Shown: positions 8,462 to 17,228, numbered from the stretch's first letter. The stretch is 64,000 nucleotides of DNA from Planctomycetota bacterium (GCA_043775355.1 JAYVSL010000034.1:2749-66748), one strand, 5' to 3'. The notes: a model not told the origin generated them from the sequence alone. A program made the numbers and translations.

Positions 8462-10053
8462 CAATCGTCTCCTAGGAATGTGATTCCACCTGTTTCGTAA
8501 GAACTTGGTGTAGTCGCTTGGGCGACTATTGCTAAACCCACCGACATCACAAGCGACACGATGCCGTCGATGCGCTCGGTACTTTTCTTCTTGCTCGGCT
8601 TGATGTTTCCGGCGGCGTCAATCTCCACCGCAACATTGGCCGCACACCATGCCAAAACCGGGTTGCCACCGTGGCGAAACTTTTTTCCGATCACGAGCTT
8701 TTCAAATTCCTTTGACGGTGCCGACATGCTCGCCATGCCCTGACCAAAAGGGACAACTTCGAACCCGTCGCCGGTCAATTGCGTGGTCAATTGCGTGGAG
8801 TTCCAACGGTCCACAGCGATCTGTCGAATGCTGAAAACCTCGGACAATTCGCGGATGTCGGCGCGGATCACATCATAGTCGATCACGTCCCCCTCGGTCG
8901 CCTTGATGTGCCCCTCCTCGATCCACTGCAAGTATGGAACGCGGTCACGCTCGGCACGTTTTCGAGCGCCCTCCATCGGCACCCAAAACCGTTGCAGAAT
9001 ATCAAACCGTCCGTCCTCACACGGGAAGAGAAATGTTGCGCTTGCAAGGTCGGTCGTGGCAGCGAGGTCGAGCGCGGCGAAGCATTCACGCCCCTCGAAA
9101 GGGTCGGGCTTGTCTGCGCAGCGGTCCCACGCCGTGCGGTCGATCCACCGGGTTGCCTGCTCCATCCACTGGTTCAGGTACTTCATGCGGAACGTGTTTT
9201 GCATGCCGACCATCAATTCGGCCTCTTTGGCGAAGCGGCGCATTTCTTCGATGTTTCGGAATGGATTGGCCCCTTGCAGTCCAGGGTTTGCCTTCTTCCA
9301 AACTTCTTCGGACTTCCAGTCGTCGTCCTTCGTTGCCTCGTAAATTACCGGAAGAAAACCGGGGTCTTTCACGATGCCGTCACGCACTTGGCAGGCGTAA
9401 GTGTAGCGCTCGTAACAAATAGATTTTTTATCAAAGCCGGCAGTGGTGATGGAGATAAACAACGGCTGTCTGCGCCCGCCCTGCGACTGGCGAAGCACGT
9501 CGTACAGATTGCGATTCGGTGCCGCGTGCAATTCGTCGTAGATCACCGTCGCCGCCCCGTAGCCGTCCGAGCCTCCGGCATCGGCAGGGATCGCCTTGAG
9601 GAAAGAGTTTGTCTTGTGGACAACGATAGTTTTGGTGGCGTCCAGAACCTTGCACCGCGCGAGCAGATGCGGGTCAGCCTTTACCATCGCGGCGCATGCG
9701 TTGTATGCGATGGACGCTTGATCCTTATCGGTTGCGGCAATGTAATGTTCGCCGCCAAGCTCGCCATCGAATAGCAGACAGTAAAGGGCAATTGCTGCGG
9801 CTAATTCTGTTTTTCCATTCTTGCGAGGCAGGAAAATAAACGCCTCGCGCACAATCCGCAGGCCATCGGGACCAGTGCGGAACATGGGCCGAATGATGTC
9901 GTTTTCCTGCCAGTCTTGAAGGTTGAACGGCTTGCCCGCGTACTCGCCCTTTGTGTTTTTGAAAAGGCGAACGGTCTTGACCACCTTATCGTCGGCGGTC
10001 ATGCGCTTCGGTGTAATGATCTTCCGCTCTCGTGTAATAATCTGCCGCGCCAT
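8461..10053 (-). CDS. terL: Terminase large subunit.
   Basis: 530 aa. N-terminal ATPase region (...FIFLPRKNGKTELAAAIALYCLLFDG...) and C-terminal nuclease region. Confidence 0.8.
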   Translation of the reverse strand: MARQIITRERKIITPKRMTADDKVVKTVRLFKNTKGEYAGKPFNLQDWQENDIIRPMFRTGPDGLRIVREAFIFLPRKNGKTELAAAIALYCLLFDGELGGEHYIAATDKDQASIAYNACAAMVKADPHLLARCKVLDATKTIVVHKTNSFLKAIPADAGGSDGYGAATVIYDELHAAPNRNLYDVLRQSQGGRRQPLFISITTAGFDKKSICYERYTYACQVRDGIVKDPGFLPVIYEATKDDDWKSEEVWKKANPGLQGANPFRNIEEMRRFAKEAELMVGMQNTFRMKYLNQWMEQATRWIDRTAWDRCADKPDPFEGRECFAALDLAATTDLASATFLFPCEDGRFDILQRFWVPMEGARKRAERDRVPYLQWIEEGHIKATEGDVIDYDVIRADIRELSEVFSIRQIAVDRWNSTQLTTQLTGDGFEVVPFGQGMASMSAPSKEFEKLVIGKKFRHGGNPVLAWCAANVAVEIDAAGNIKPSKKKSTERIDGIVSLVMSVGLAIVAQATTPSSYETGGITFLGDD

Positions 10054-10520
10054 TATGTGCCCGTCAGCGCGCGGAACGGATCGCCGTCATCTTCGCCTGC
10101 CTTGCCAGACGTGCCCAGGTTCGCGCGAGCCTTCGGTGACAGCCCAAATTGTGACATCAGTTGTTGCATGATCGCTTGGGCCTTGTGAGCAATCTTCACC
10201 TCTGGGCGAATGCCGCGCACACCGCGAGACGTGACGAACGTTCGGCCCTCGCGCCTGACGAGAGCGTTACACTCCCGCCATTCCTGGTATGCGACGCAGT
10301 AAGACGCGAGAGCGTCGGCGTCTGCTGCGGTCAGAAGGCCGGCGGCGTGGAGGTCAGGCGCGAGCTGGTCCCACTTCGTGCGAGCCATTCCTAGAAGATG
10401 CTGCGGCCGCTTCGGGCAATCGCCCGCGCCGATCTTCGCCTCCTTCGGGATTGGCCGCTTGCCGCGATTGCCCTCGATGATGCGAAGGGGCGCAGGTTTG
10501 CGTGGTCTACCGGCTGGCAT
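10053..10520 (-). CDS. terS: Terminase small subunit (P27 family).
   Basis: MPAGRPRKPAPLRIIEGNRGKRP..LLTAADADALASYCVAYQEW.. is the P27-family terS signature. Coupled to the terL start. Confidence 0.65.
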   Translation of the reverse strand: MPAGRPRKPAPLRIIEGNRGKRPIPKEAKIGAGDCPKRPQHLLGMARTKWDQLAPDLHAAGLLTAADADALASYCVAYQEWRECNALVRREGRTFVTSRGVRGIRPEVKIAHKAQAIMQQLMSQFGLSPKARANLGTSGKAGEDDGDPFRALTGT

Positions 10521-10729
10521 CAGTGGCCCGCCTGTTGACGTAAGTCACTTAAATTCTTGCAGCTAGCGGCATGGTTTTGCCGTTTTTCGTGGCGTTTTTC
10601 TACCTCAAAAGTCATAAGCGCAGTATTGCCAATGTACGAATTTCCGAATTTCGCGTTTCTTTTTTTTGACGGACACGCTTCGTTCTCGACTTGCATCTCC
10701 GTAGACATTTGACGCACCCTCCCCTTTTT
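10521..10729. promoter_or_regulatory. Candidate cos or packaging-initiation region plus late promoter.
   Basis: 209-bp AT-richer intergenic stretch between the HNH endonuclease and terS. T-runs and small repeats (ttttttgacggacacgcttcg...ccccttttttt). HNH-terminase phages typically place cos here. Confidence 0.3.
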
Positions 10730-11065
10730 TTATTTTTTCAAAAAGACGTGCAGGCGCGGACGCAGCGCGCCGTCTTCACGTACAGTCTTGATTGAGTGGC
10801 ACGAGTGGCACAGACCAACAAGGTTATCCCTGCTGTCGTCGCCGCCCTTGGCCTTGGCTATCTTGTGGTCTACGTCTGTTGCCGCTGCTCTGTGGCACGC
10901 GGCGCATATCGGTTGCTCACGCAGGATCATAAGGCGCAGCTTACGCCATCGGTGGCCATAGCCCTGTGCCGCTGCTGACGGTCTCACCCCATCATCACGA
11001 CGAATAGGAACTGCCTGCTTGGCGTCCCTGAGTCGTTGCAGATAGGTAGGTGGACGAATTGGCAT
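10730..11065 (-). CDS. HNH endonuclease (terminase-associated).
   Basis: ...CAACHRAAATDVDHKIAKAKGGDDSRDNLVGLCHSCHSIKT... shows the HNH motif. Immediately upstream of terS. Confidence 0.75.
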   Translation of the reverse strand: MPIRPPTYLQRLRDAKQAVPIRRDDGVRPSAAAQGYGHRWRKLRLMILREQPICAACHRAAATDVDHKIAKAKGGDDSRDNLVGLCHSCHSIKTVREDGALRPRLHVFLKK

Positions 11066-11068
11066 ACA

Positions 11069-11383
11069 CTACGATGCAGTCGCGCTGTCTTGCGGCTCTT
11101 TCTTTAAATATAAAAACATTTCCTTAGCTTCTGTAGTTGCTTTTTTGGCGTCTCCGATGGTGGCGACAATGCTCGCTCCATCGGGATGAAGTCTGAACGA
11201 AATGGCGGCAACGCTTATTAGCTGATCCAATTCAAGCAGGAGATCTATTACCCTACTCATATCCGCTTTCGCCGATGCGGAGGGGCCAAAAACCAATTCG
11301 TCCTCGACCTTTCTGTCTGAGCAACTGGCGATTGCTTCTCGTTTTAATGACGGCCCGTGAATGGCTAGCGTTTGGCGTCTCAT
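11069..11383 (-). CDS. Hypothetical protein, low GC.
   Basis: ORF trimmed to MRRQTLAIHG. The local GC drop suggests foreign origin. Confidence 0.3.
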   Translation of the reverse strand: MRRQTLAIHGPSLKREAIASCSDRKVEDELVFGPSASAKADMSRVIDLLLELDQLISVAAISFRLHPDGASIVATIGDAKKATTEAKEMFLYLKKEPQDSATAS

Positions 11384-11435
11384 GTTTGCATTGCTCCGTG
11401 AATTGGTCTGCGGCCTTGTGGGCATGGCAGGTAGG

Positions 11436-11819
11436 CTATCGCATATAGTCGCTAGGGCGACTATCGACAGTCGGAAGTCCAACGCGTGCCATACGAGTGC
11501 GAACCACCATGAACAGGAGACACGCCTGCTCTGCCTCACGCTTAGCCTTGGCGGTAGCGTTCTGGCTGTCTGTTACCGACCCCATCACCCATGCCGAATT
11601 GACAAGCAGGCGTCCATGGGTGTGGGCGAACTGAAACGGTTCAAGCTCGCGTGTCCTCGGTCTGTGTATTTCAAGCTGCCATGACCGGAATGTTCCGCCG
11701 ATAATCCTAGGATTATCAATGGTCAGGACGATCCGTTGGCTTGATGGTCGGGTTGCCCATGGACCCAGCCACAGGCGCTCATGCATCGGGCGGGAGAGGT
11801 CGCGGAAGGGCTTAGTCAT
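11436..11819 (-). CDS. Hypothetical protein.
   Basis: ORF trimmed to MTKPFRD. No recognisable motif. Confidence 0.25.
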   Translation of the reverse strand: MTKPFRDLSRPMHERLWLGPWATRPSSQRIVLTIDNPRIIGGTFRSWQLEIHRPRTRELEPFQFAHTHGRLLVNSAWVMGSVTDSQNATAKAKREAEQACLLFMVVRTRMARVGLPTVDSRPSDYMR

Positions 11820-12339
11820 GGAATGCTTTGAGCGCTGCGCGACAGATGGCGAGTGGTGCCGTGTCAGCCGTGGCCACAACACGCCGCGAGCGCGTGCAAT
11901 CCAGCTTATCTGGAATAGTCAGCGACAGCTCAAGTGTACTTCCAGCTTGAACGAGACTCAGGGATGAAACGGTCTTATATAACCGCTCCCAAACTTTCCA
12001 CGCATAACCAATGTCAGTAGAATACGGCTTTACAAAAGGGGCACATTTAGCGCTCGGCTTATCCCCACAGTGCACGCAATAAGAATAATCGCATCTCTCA
12101 CAGTAGGGGCCGTTGTGATTTTCATATTCCGTGCCGAACTCGTCCACCTTGCCATCTTCATCGAGTCGCCATTGATGTTCCTTCTTGATGGCAATGTCAT
12201 CACCCATCACCTTCTCTGCCACCATCCGGTCCATCTTTGATCCTGCCTGCATCGTGTCGTAGTTCATAATTTCCCTTTGTTGGTCATATTTTGGGGAATT
12301 ATATACATGACTTCCTTTGTTGAGATTCTCGACGCTCAC
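11812..12339 (-). CDS. Hypothetical zinc-ribbon protein (CxxC...CxxC).
   Basis: YCERCDYSYCVHCGDKPSAKC motif. ATGA coupling with the upstream gene. Confidence 0.35.
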   Translation of the reverse strand: MSVENLNKGSHVYNSPKYDQQREIMNYDTMQAGSKMDRMVAEKVMGDDIAIKKEHQWRLDEDGKVDEFGTEYENHNGPYCERCDYSYCVHCGDKPSAKCAPFVKPYSTDIGYAWKVWERLYKTVSSLSLVQAGSTLELSLTIPDKLDCTRSRRVVATADTAPLAICRAALKAFHD

Positions 12340-12620
12340 TTGGATCGGTCCTCCCGGATTTTACTACGCATGTGCTCAATTGAACGGGCAAGTCCGACGG
12401 TCATGTTGCTGGTTTCGGTCAGGATGGTATCGAGCGACGATGCGACTTTCCCGCGCATGTCAGCGGCGTCTAAGCGGGCTAAATCCAAGGCTGTCATCGC
12501 CAGTCGTAGGTCTGCCTGCATAGGATCGAATCCATCCCAGACCTGTTTGGGGTATTCGCCGCCTAACACCCTGCGGATGCGCGACTCCCACTGATCTTTG
12601 TCGGGCGACTGATTGCTCAT
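12336..12620 (-). CDS. Hypothetical protein.
   Basis: 94 aa. Coupled at both ends. Confidence 0.3.
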   Translation of the reverse strand: MSNQSPDKDQWESRIRRVLGGEYPKQVWDGFDPMQADLRLAMTALDLARLDAADMRGKVASSLDTILTETSNMTVGLARSIEHMRSKIREDRSK

Positions 12621-12799
12621 TGCTGCACCTCCTCAATCTCAGGCTCACTAAGCCCCATAACCTCGATCTCTTCGTCCTCCAATTCACTTTCACCTCTGTT
12701 GTGAGCGGCAAGAGCTTCGGCTTTGCTGTTAGCCAACACAAGGAAAGTTTGCGTTCCATGTGCTTCTCTGACCGAAAAGATAAGGTGATATTTTTTCAT
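12617..12799 (-). CDS. Hypothetical small acidic protein.
   Basis: 60 aa. Acidic C-terminal tail. AT-rich. Confidence 0.3.
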   Translation of the reverse strand: MKKYHLIFSVREAHGTQTFLVLANSKAEALAAHNRGESELEDEEIEVMGLSEPEIEEVQQ

Positions 12800-13107
12800 A
12801 CTTCCTCAATCTTCAAACTAACCCGAAACTCTTTAGTTTCTCCGGTGAACTTGAACCAGGAACACCCTGGCTCATACCCCTCAAATTGCGCATTTTCATC
12901 CTCGATCAATTCGTTAGTTTCAATAAATCCACGAAGTTCAACCGTGGTCTCGCCGTATTTTTCAAGAGAATACCACGACTTCCAAATGTCCTCGTTCCCT
13001 CTGTCCGCTTTCAGATAATCCCGCACGGCCTTACCTGGAGCCTCAGCGGGGTTATCGTCCCAGTTTTCGGGGTCTTTGAGTGCGGTCCAATGTGTTGACG
13101 TGGTCAT
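12796..13107 (-). CDS. Hypothetical protein.
   Basis: Trimmed to MTTSTHWTALKDPENWDD. ATGA coupling with the Lar-like gene. Confidence 0.3.
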   Translation of the reverse strand: MTTSTHWTALKDPENWDDNPAEAPGKAVRDYLKADRGNEDIWKSWYSLEKYGETTVELRGFIETNELIEDENAQFEGYEPGCSWFKFTGETKEFRVSLKIEEV

Positions 13108-13406
13108 GATTCCTTCTCCTTCGTTTTCATCACGTTCAATACGTCGGTTAACATGTCTCGGATAAGCTCTTTCCCTGCAACGAAAAAATGATCGTGGCAA
13201 TCCATCGCGGCCTCAACCATTTCATTGGTGACGGTGATAGGTGGCAATGGGCGGGTGTTCCAGTTTTCCGCAAGGGCCTCCATGTTGACCGCATTCCCGT
13301 GAACGGATAAGCCGCAACTGGAACATCTAATAAACCTTCCCATAAAATGGCTTTCAATGAAATGGACACTTCCATTGCAAAATGGGCAAGGAAGTAGCTC
13401 GCTCAC
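13104..13406 (-). CDS. Lar-family restriction alleviation (anti-restriction) protein with a C-terminal extension.
   Basis: MSELLPCPFCNGS....CSSCG.......A...WNTRP matches the Lar zinc-ribbon signature LPCPFC ... CxxC ... WNtR. Confidence 0.5.
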   Translation of the reverse strand: MSELLPCPFCNGSVHFIESHFMGRFIRCSSCGLSVHGNAVNMEALAENWNTRPLPPITVTNEMVEAAMDCHDHFFVAGKELIRDMLTDVLNVMKTKEKES

Positions 13407-13744
13407 GACACCACCTCAACATTCTCTTCGATCCAATCGGCTATCTCGGCGAATGATTTACGCTCAAAGTCATTCATATATGGTATTCTTTCATAGAGGT
13501 CATCATCTGTTATAGAGCATAGTTTATCGCGTATGAATCGGAAAGAATCATAATTAGTGTTGAAATTATGAAATTTGTCAGCTCCTTTTATCGCCGCTCC
13601 TAGTGCGCACATGCATGTGCGCTCGCATATTTTTTTGGACTCTTCCTCAATATTAAAGAGACTGTCGAATATCTGGACGTTATTGTTATTTCTCAACTCC
13701 ATAATCCACGCATCTTTTTCTTGTTGGGTGAGGGAGGATTTCAT
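13403..13744 (-). CDS. Hypothetical protein, strongly AT-rich (~38% GC against ~62% background).
   Basis: MKSSLTQQEKDAWIMELRNNNNVQIFD... Its codon usage is foreign to the host and to the rest of the phage. Confidence 0.35.
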   Translation of the reverse strand: MKSSLTQQEKDAWIMELRNNNNVQIFDSLFNIEEESKKICERTCMCALGAAIKGADKFHNFNTNYDSFRFIRDKLCSITDDDLYERIPYMNDFERKSFAEIADWIEENVEVVS

Positions 13745-14190
13745 GGGGTTTCTCTACGTTTGAGATTTACAATGGTATTAACGGCTTCCTCTAGTTCGTA
13801 TTTTACGGAAAAAAGTTGGCCCTCGGCATCAGCGGCACGTTCTTCTAAGGCTTGATTGGCATCATAATAAAAATCAGCCAGAACGGTAAACGCCTGCCGT
13901 ATCTCGCTCAAAGTAAAATCGCGCCAATCACCAGAATCACAACCCCCGCCATCAATATCCGCTCCTTCGAGGCCCCCCGCGGCCAATTCGTCAAGTAGCT
14001 GTTCGCGCACTTTGTCCTGAAATTCAGTGACCACTTTGGTGGGGATTGCAACATCCTCCGGCAATGGCACCGCGCCGGAACAAATGGCGTCGAGAATGTC
14101 GCGCGCCAAAGATTCGTCATTCCATTCACGGGTAATGCCGGTGCGGATGATGTCAACGAGCGCCGCAATCGTTTTCGTATCGTTACTCAT
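13741..14190 (-). CDS. Hypothetical acidic protein.
   Basis: 149 aa. No family motif. Confidence 0.3.
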   Translation of the reverse strand: MSNDTKTIAALVDIIRTGITREWNDESLARDILDAICSGAVPLPEDVAIPTKVVTEFQDKVREQLLDELAAGGLEGADIDGGGCDSGDWRDFTLSEIRQAFTVLADFYYDANQALEERAADAEGQLFSVKYELEEAVNTIVNLKRRETP

Positions 14191-14549
14191 ATCCCTTCCC
14201 CCTCTTCGTATTCATGGACGATATGCAGGCATTCGGTGCGAGTAACGCCAGAATCTCTTTCCGCCAACTCGCGGGAAAAATGCACACTACAGCGCTCGCC
14301 ACTATAGACATTCACCCACCGCTCCCATATCCGCCTGGGCTTTATTTCGACGAGGTCGGAGGGATTATATGCCTGGTCTCCATGATAACTCCCCCGCGCG
14401 GTCCACTGGCACATTTTCCAGTTCTCGTTGCCGGATATACGATACGCGCCATGTACCGGATAAAGTCCACCGGCATTTATTGTGTAAATTACCGCCTCGT
14501 ATTTGTCCTTGGTCCGGTATTTCTTATTGATGTCGATGAGGTCAGTCAT
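14187..14549 (-). CDS. Hypothetical protein.
   Basis: Trimmed to MTDLIDINKKYR. Lower GC. Confidence 0.3.
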   Translation of the reverse strand: MTDLIDINKKYRTKDKYEAVIYTINAGGLYPVHGAYRISGNENWKMCQWTARGSYHGDQAYNPSDLVEIKPRRIWERWVNVYSGERCSVHFSRELAERDSGVTRTECLHIVHEYEEGEGI

Positions 14550-14964
14550 TGGTTGGTCCTTTGAGTTGGGCGAGGGATTCGTGTAATGACTCAAGCGCAA
14601 CCCCTAATCTATAGGCCTGATCTGGTATATCTTCTTCGCCCGTTTCCTGATTCCGAACACTCTCAATTTCTTCCGCCGCACGCGCCACGGCGATGAGCGC
14701 GGGGAGATGCGTGCGTGCCGCAAGATAAAATTGTTCAGCCCATTGGTGTTCGTGCCCAATGCCATAAAATTGCACGCCGCCCGGCCAGGAACTAGACTGC
14801 GCACAGACTACCCACTCGCGCTCAACGATGCCTTCTCCGTCGCAACATGGGCATTCGTAGCGCCCAATGTCGTCAGGGTCTTCAATAATTTGGTCAGGAA
14901 AGGCCGGGGCCTTTGCCATCAACTCTGTCAGTTGGTCAAGTATGTTCATTAATTTATGAGCCAT
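14542..14964 (-). CDS. Hypothetical zinc-finger protein.
   Basis: YECPCCDGEG motif. 140 aa. Confidence 0.3.
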   Translation of the reverse strand: MAHKLMNILDQLTELMAKAPAFPDQIIEDPDDIGRYECPCCDGEGIVEREWVVCAQSSSWPGGVQFYGIGHEHQWAEQFYLAARTHLPALIAVARAAEEIESVRNQETGEEDIPDQAYRLGVALESLHESLAQLKGPTND

Positions 14965-14986
14965 AGAAAATCCTTAGTTGAAGTGA

Positions 14987-15334
14987 TTAAACGCTGACCA
15001 TTTCCGCCCACGGCACACCGTCACAGACGGCAGCGCCAGGGGTGAAGCGGCCATTGAGTCGGGGGCGATAGCACGAGACAGCAAATCGACCGTGCGGCAG
15101 ACGACGAAGGCGATGCATACGAACGGCCTCACGCAGTTGCCGCTCTGCAGCCGATTTATCGATGCCCCACTGATGCGCGAGACGCGCTGCGGTGTTCGCT
15201 CCGAGCCACACTGCCCACACGATAGGCTTTGCCGCGTCTGAGGGCTGCGGAGTCTTGCGAACCGCTCCGAGATAAGGCCTACCGCCCGTGTTGCTGGACT
15301 CGGTTGCCTTGAGTTTTTTCAGGGGCTCGTCCAT
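14987..15334 (-). CDS. Hypothetical protein.
   Basis: 115 aa. High GC. Confidence 0.25.
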   Translation of the reverse strand: MDEPLKKLKATESSNTGGRPYLGAVRKTPQPSDAAKPIVWAVWLGANTAARLAHQWGIDKSAAERQLREAVRMHRLRRLPHGRFAVSCYRPRLNGRFTPGAAVCDGVPWAEMVSV

Positions 15335-15741
15335 TACGCTGCGCCGTGCGCCATGATCGACGCCTCGATCTCGTACGGCATTTCAAAAAAACCCAACCGC
15401 GCCTTGTACGGAATGAATGCCAACGGCTTTGGATCGCACAGCTTGAAGCCAACCGGGCCGATCCACCACGGCGAGGAGGTAAACAAGCCGCAATCGGTCA
15501 GCACAACGGAGCCGATGATGCCGCCATAACGGAGGGCACGCTCCGCTGGTAGGGAATCCTCGCCAAGCCCAGCACGGATCGCCGTGGAGCAGGCTCTGTT
15601 GTACGCCTCGTGATCCTTCGTCGCGCTCGCGTGAATCAGAAACCGCCCACGAAACTTAGTTGACCATGAACGGTTTTCTACGTCCTTGCCCAGGTGAATG
15701 ATCGCGCGTGCCCATGGGGCGCGAATGCTAAGACATTTCAT
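15334..15741 (-). CDS. ASCH domain protein.
   Basis: MKCLSIRAPWARAIIHLGKDVENRSW....GRFLIHAS is an ASCH (PUA-like) signature. Confidence 0.5.
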   Translation of the reverse strand: MKCLSIRAPWARAIIHLGKDVENRSWSTKFRGRFLIHASATKDHEAYNRACSTAIRAGLGEDSLPAERALRYGGIIGSVVLTDCGLFTSSPWWIGPVGFKLCDPKPLAFIPYKARLGFFEMPYEIEASIMAHGAA

Positions 15742-16577
15742 TGCGTAACTCCTTGCTGTTTTTCCCGTCCTTTTTGCAATCTCCGTGCAACCTCGCGCGC
15801 AAATTGGCCGCAATGCTTCGCGTACTGGAACCGCACGCCGTCACGCGTCGCGCATTCCCCGATAATCTTGAACGCCAGCGGAATCTCACTCTGATCTTGG
15901 ATAACGCATCCCACACGAAGAAACTCAGCCCACTCCTCGATCGCCTCGGGGTTACTTGGGAGACCCAGTCCACGAAGTGCCTTTTGAAGATTTGAATATT
16001 TTGAGGTGGGGGTGGGTGGTTGCGCGTTACCACCTACCTGTCCCTGTCCCTGTCCCTGTCCCTGTCTAACGCGTTTCGTCGGTGTTTCGGTGGCGTTTCC
16101 GTCGTCATGTGAAACGCGTTTCATTTCCGTTTCGTTAGATGTTTCATCGGCTGTTTCATTGCCGTTTCGGCGACGTTCCCGCCAGTCGCGCAAACGACCA
16201 GCGTCACCATCTCGCTCAGCCCTCCGTCGTTGCTTTGCTGACCATGCCCGGCAAGCGTCCTCCGCGAGAGTCTTGTGGTATAGCCGACCATCTGAGTGTT
16301 TGGTGAATCCGCGAAGGATCACCCACCGTTCAGCCTGTAATTGCTTCACGGTGACGCCAGCAAAAGCGGCAATCACCAAATCGTCATCTGGAAGGCTCGC
16401 GGCTGGTACTTGTTTCCACGCGCGGCACCAAAGAGCAACTGCGGCCTTGAACCACTTACCGTCAGCAAGTGCCCATAATTCTGACGCGAGTAGACGCTCA
16501 GTATTGAGCATGAACCCATCAAGGTCGCGGAGGTCGCAGTCTGGCGGAACGGGTGGCGGAGGAAGTGTGCCGCTCAT
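15738..16577 (-). CDS. DUF1376 (YdaU-like) phage replication-associated protein with an internal (GQ)n repeat.
   Basis: N-terminus ...LDGFMLNTERLLASELWALADGKWFKAAVALWCRAWKQVPAASLP.. matches DUF1376. Contains RQGQGQGQGQV encoded by (ccctgt)5. Confidence 0.5.
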   Translation of the reverse strand: MSGTLPPPPVPPDCDLRDLDGFMLNTERLLASELWALADGKWFKAAVALWCRAWKQVPAASLPDDDLVIAAFAGVTVKQLQAERWVILRGFTKHSDGRLYHKTLAEDACRAWSAKQRRRAERDGDAGRLRDWRERRRNGNETADETSNETEMKRVSHDDGNATETPTKRVRQGQGQGQGQVGGNAQPPTPTSKYSNLQKALRGLGLPSNPEAIEEWAEFLRVGCVIQDQSEIPLAFKIIGECATRDGVRFQYAKHCGQFAREVARRLQKGREKQQGVTQ

Positions 16578-16801
16578 TTTTTACCACCCTTACGCGGCGA
16601 CTTAGCCGGGAATGGAACGCCCAGCCGATAGCAAGCGGACGCGCAGTGGTTGGTGCAAAAATTCCGCCCGCCGACGTACTGGCCAGCCTCACCGCGCTTA
16701 GCGTTCAAAGTGTACGTCGAGACGTGCGAGCACTGAGCTTCCTGGCAAGGTGTAGACGGGAGCCCATCGCGGCGCTGCGGTTCATAAATCCAAGGTTCCA
16801 T
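16574..16801 (-). CDS. Hypothetical small Cys-rich protein.
   Basis: 75 aa. ATGA coupling with DUF1376. Confidence 0.25.
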   Translation of the reverse strand: MEPWIYEPQRRDGLPSTPCQEAQCSHVSTYTLNAKRGEAGQYVGGRNFCTNHCASACYRLGVPFPAKSPRKGGKK

Positions 16802-16833
16802 GTTTTTCCTGTGAGTCGTGAGTCGGTGAATTG

Positions 16834-17007
16834 ATGAAAGAAAAAAAGCTGGCGGCGCTGTTTGGCCCGATTGCCGGCGAATCGATGAAAGGTTGCCCGG
16901 AACCCCATCCCCATGTTGATCCGGACTCGGCGGAATTAGCGCCTATGCCTGCACACCTGCGTCTGGTGCTTGGTGATTATTCAGCCGATGAAATATCTAC
17001 GAAGTAA
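16834..17007 (+). CDS. Unannotated 57-aa plus-strand ORF embedded antisense within the minus-strand early operon.
   Basis: MKEKKLAALFGPIAGESMKGCPEPHPHVDPDSAELAPMPAHLRLVLGDYSADEISTK. GGTGA lies 5 nt upstream of the ATG. The composition is protein-like. Below the ORF track length cutoff. Confidence 0.3.
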   Translation: MKEKKLAALFGPIAGESMKGCPEPHPHVDPDSAELAPMPAHLRLVLGDYSADEISTK

Positions 17008-17228
17008 TCCTTGCCGACCTCGAACTTCTCAAGGGTGGCTGGGTTACTGATCTGCATTTCAAGCTTTCCGCTGGGGGTCCACTTTGACCACTCTTCATTG
17101 CCGGGGCCTGCGACGGGAGAGAACTCTACTATTTCACGGGCGACCGGAGCGGGTGGGCCATATGAAGAGTTTTCGGTGGCGCTTGTTTTGCGAGTGCAGC
17201 GCATCTTTGCGCGTACTGTGGTTGGCAT
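16977..17228 (-). CDS. Hypothetical protein.
   Basis: Trimmed to MPTTVRAKMRC. Confidence 0.25.
   Translation of the reverse strand: MPTTVRAKMRCTRKTSATENSSYGPPAPVAREIVEFSPVAGPGNEEWSKWTPSGKLEMQISNPATLEKFEVGKDYFVDISSAE

Noticed and set aside
8779-9774. 331-aa plus-strand ORF, with other antisense ORFs at 8903..9343 and 8934..9422, inside the terminase large subunit gene.
   Set aside because: Entirely antisense to a well-supported terL gene. Arg/Ala-rich composition typical of spurious reverse-frame ORFs in high-GC DNA.
16006-16605. 199-aa plus-strand ORF rich in Cys, Pro and Ser.
   Set aside because: Antisense to the DUF1376 gene. Its low-complexity sequence is driven by the (ccctgt)n repeat read in another frame.
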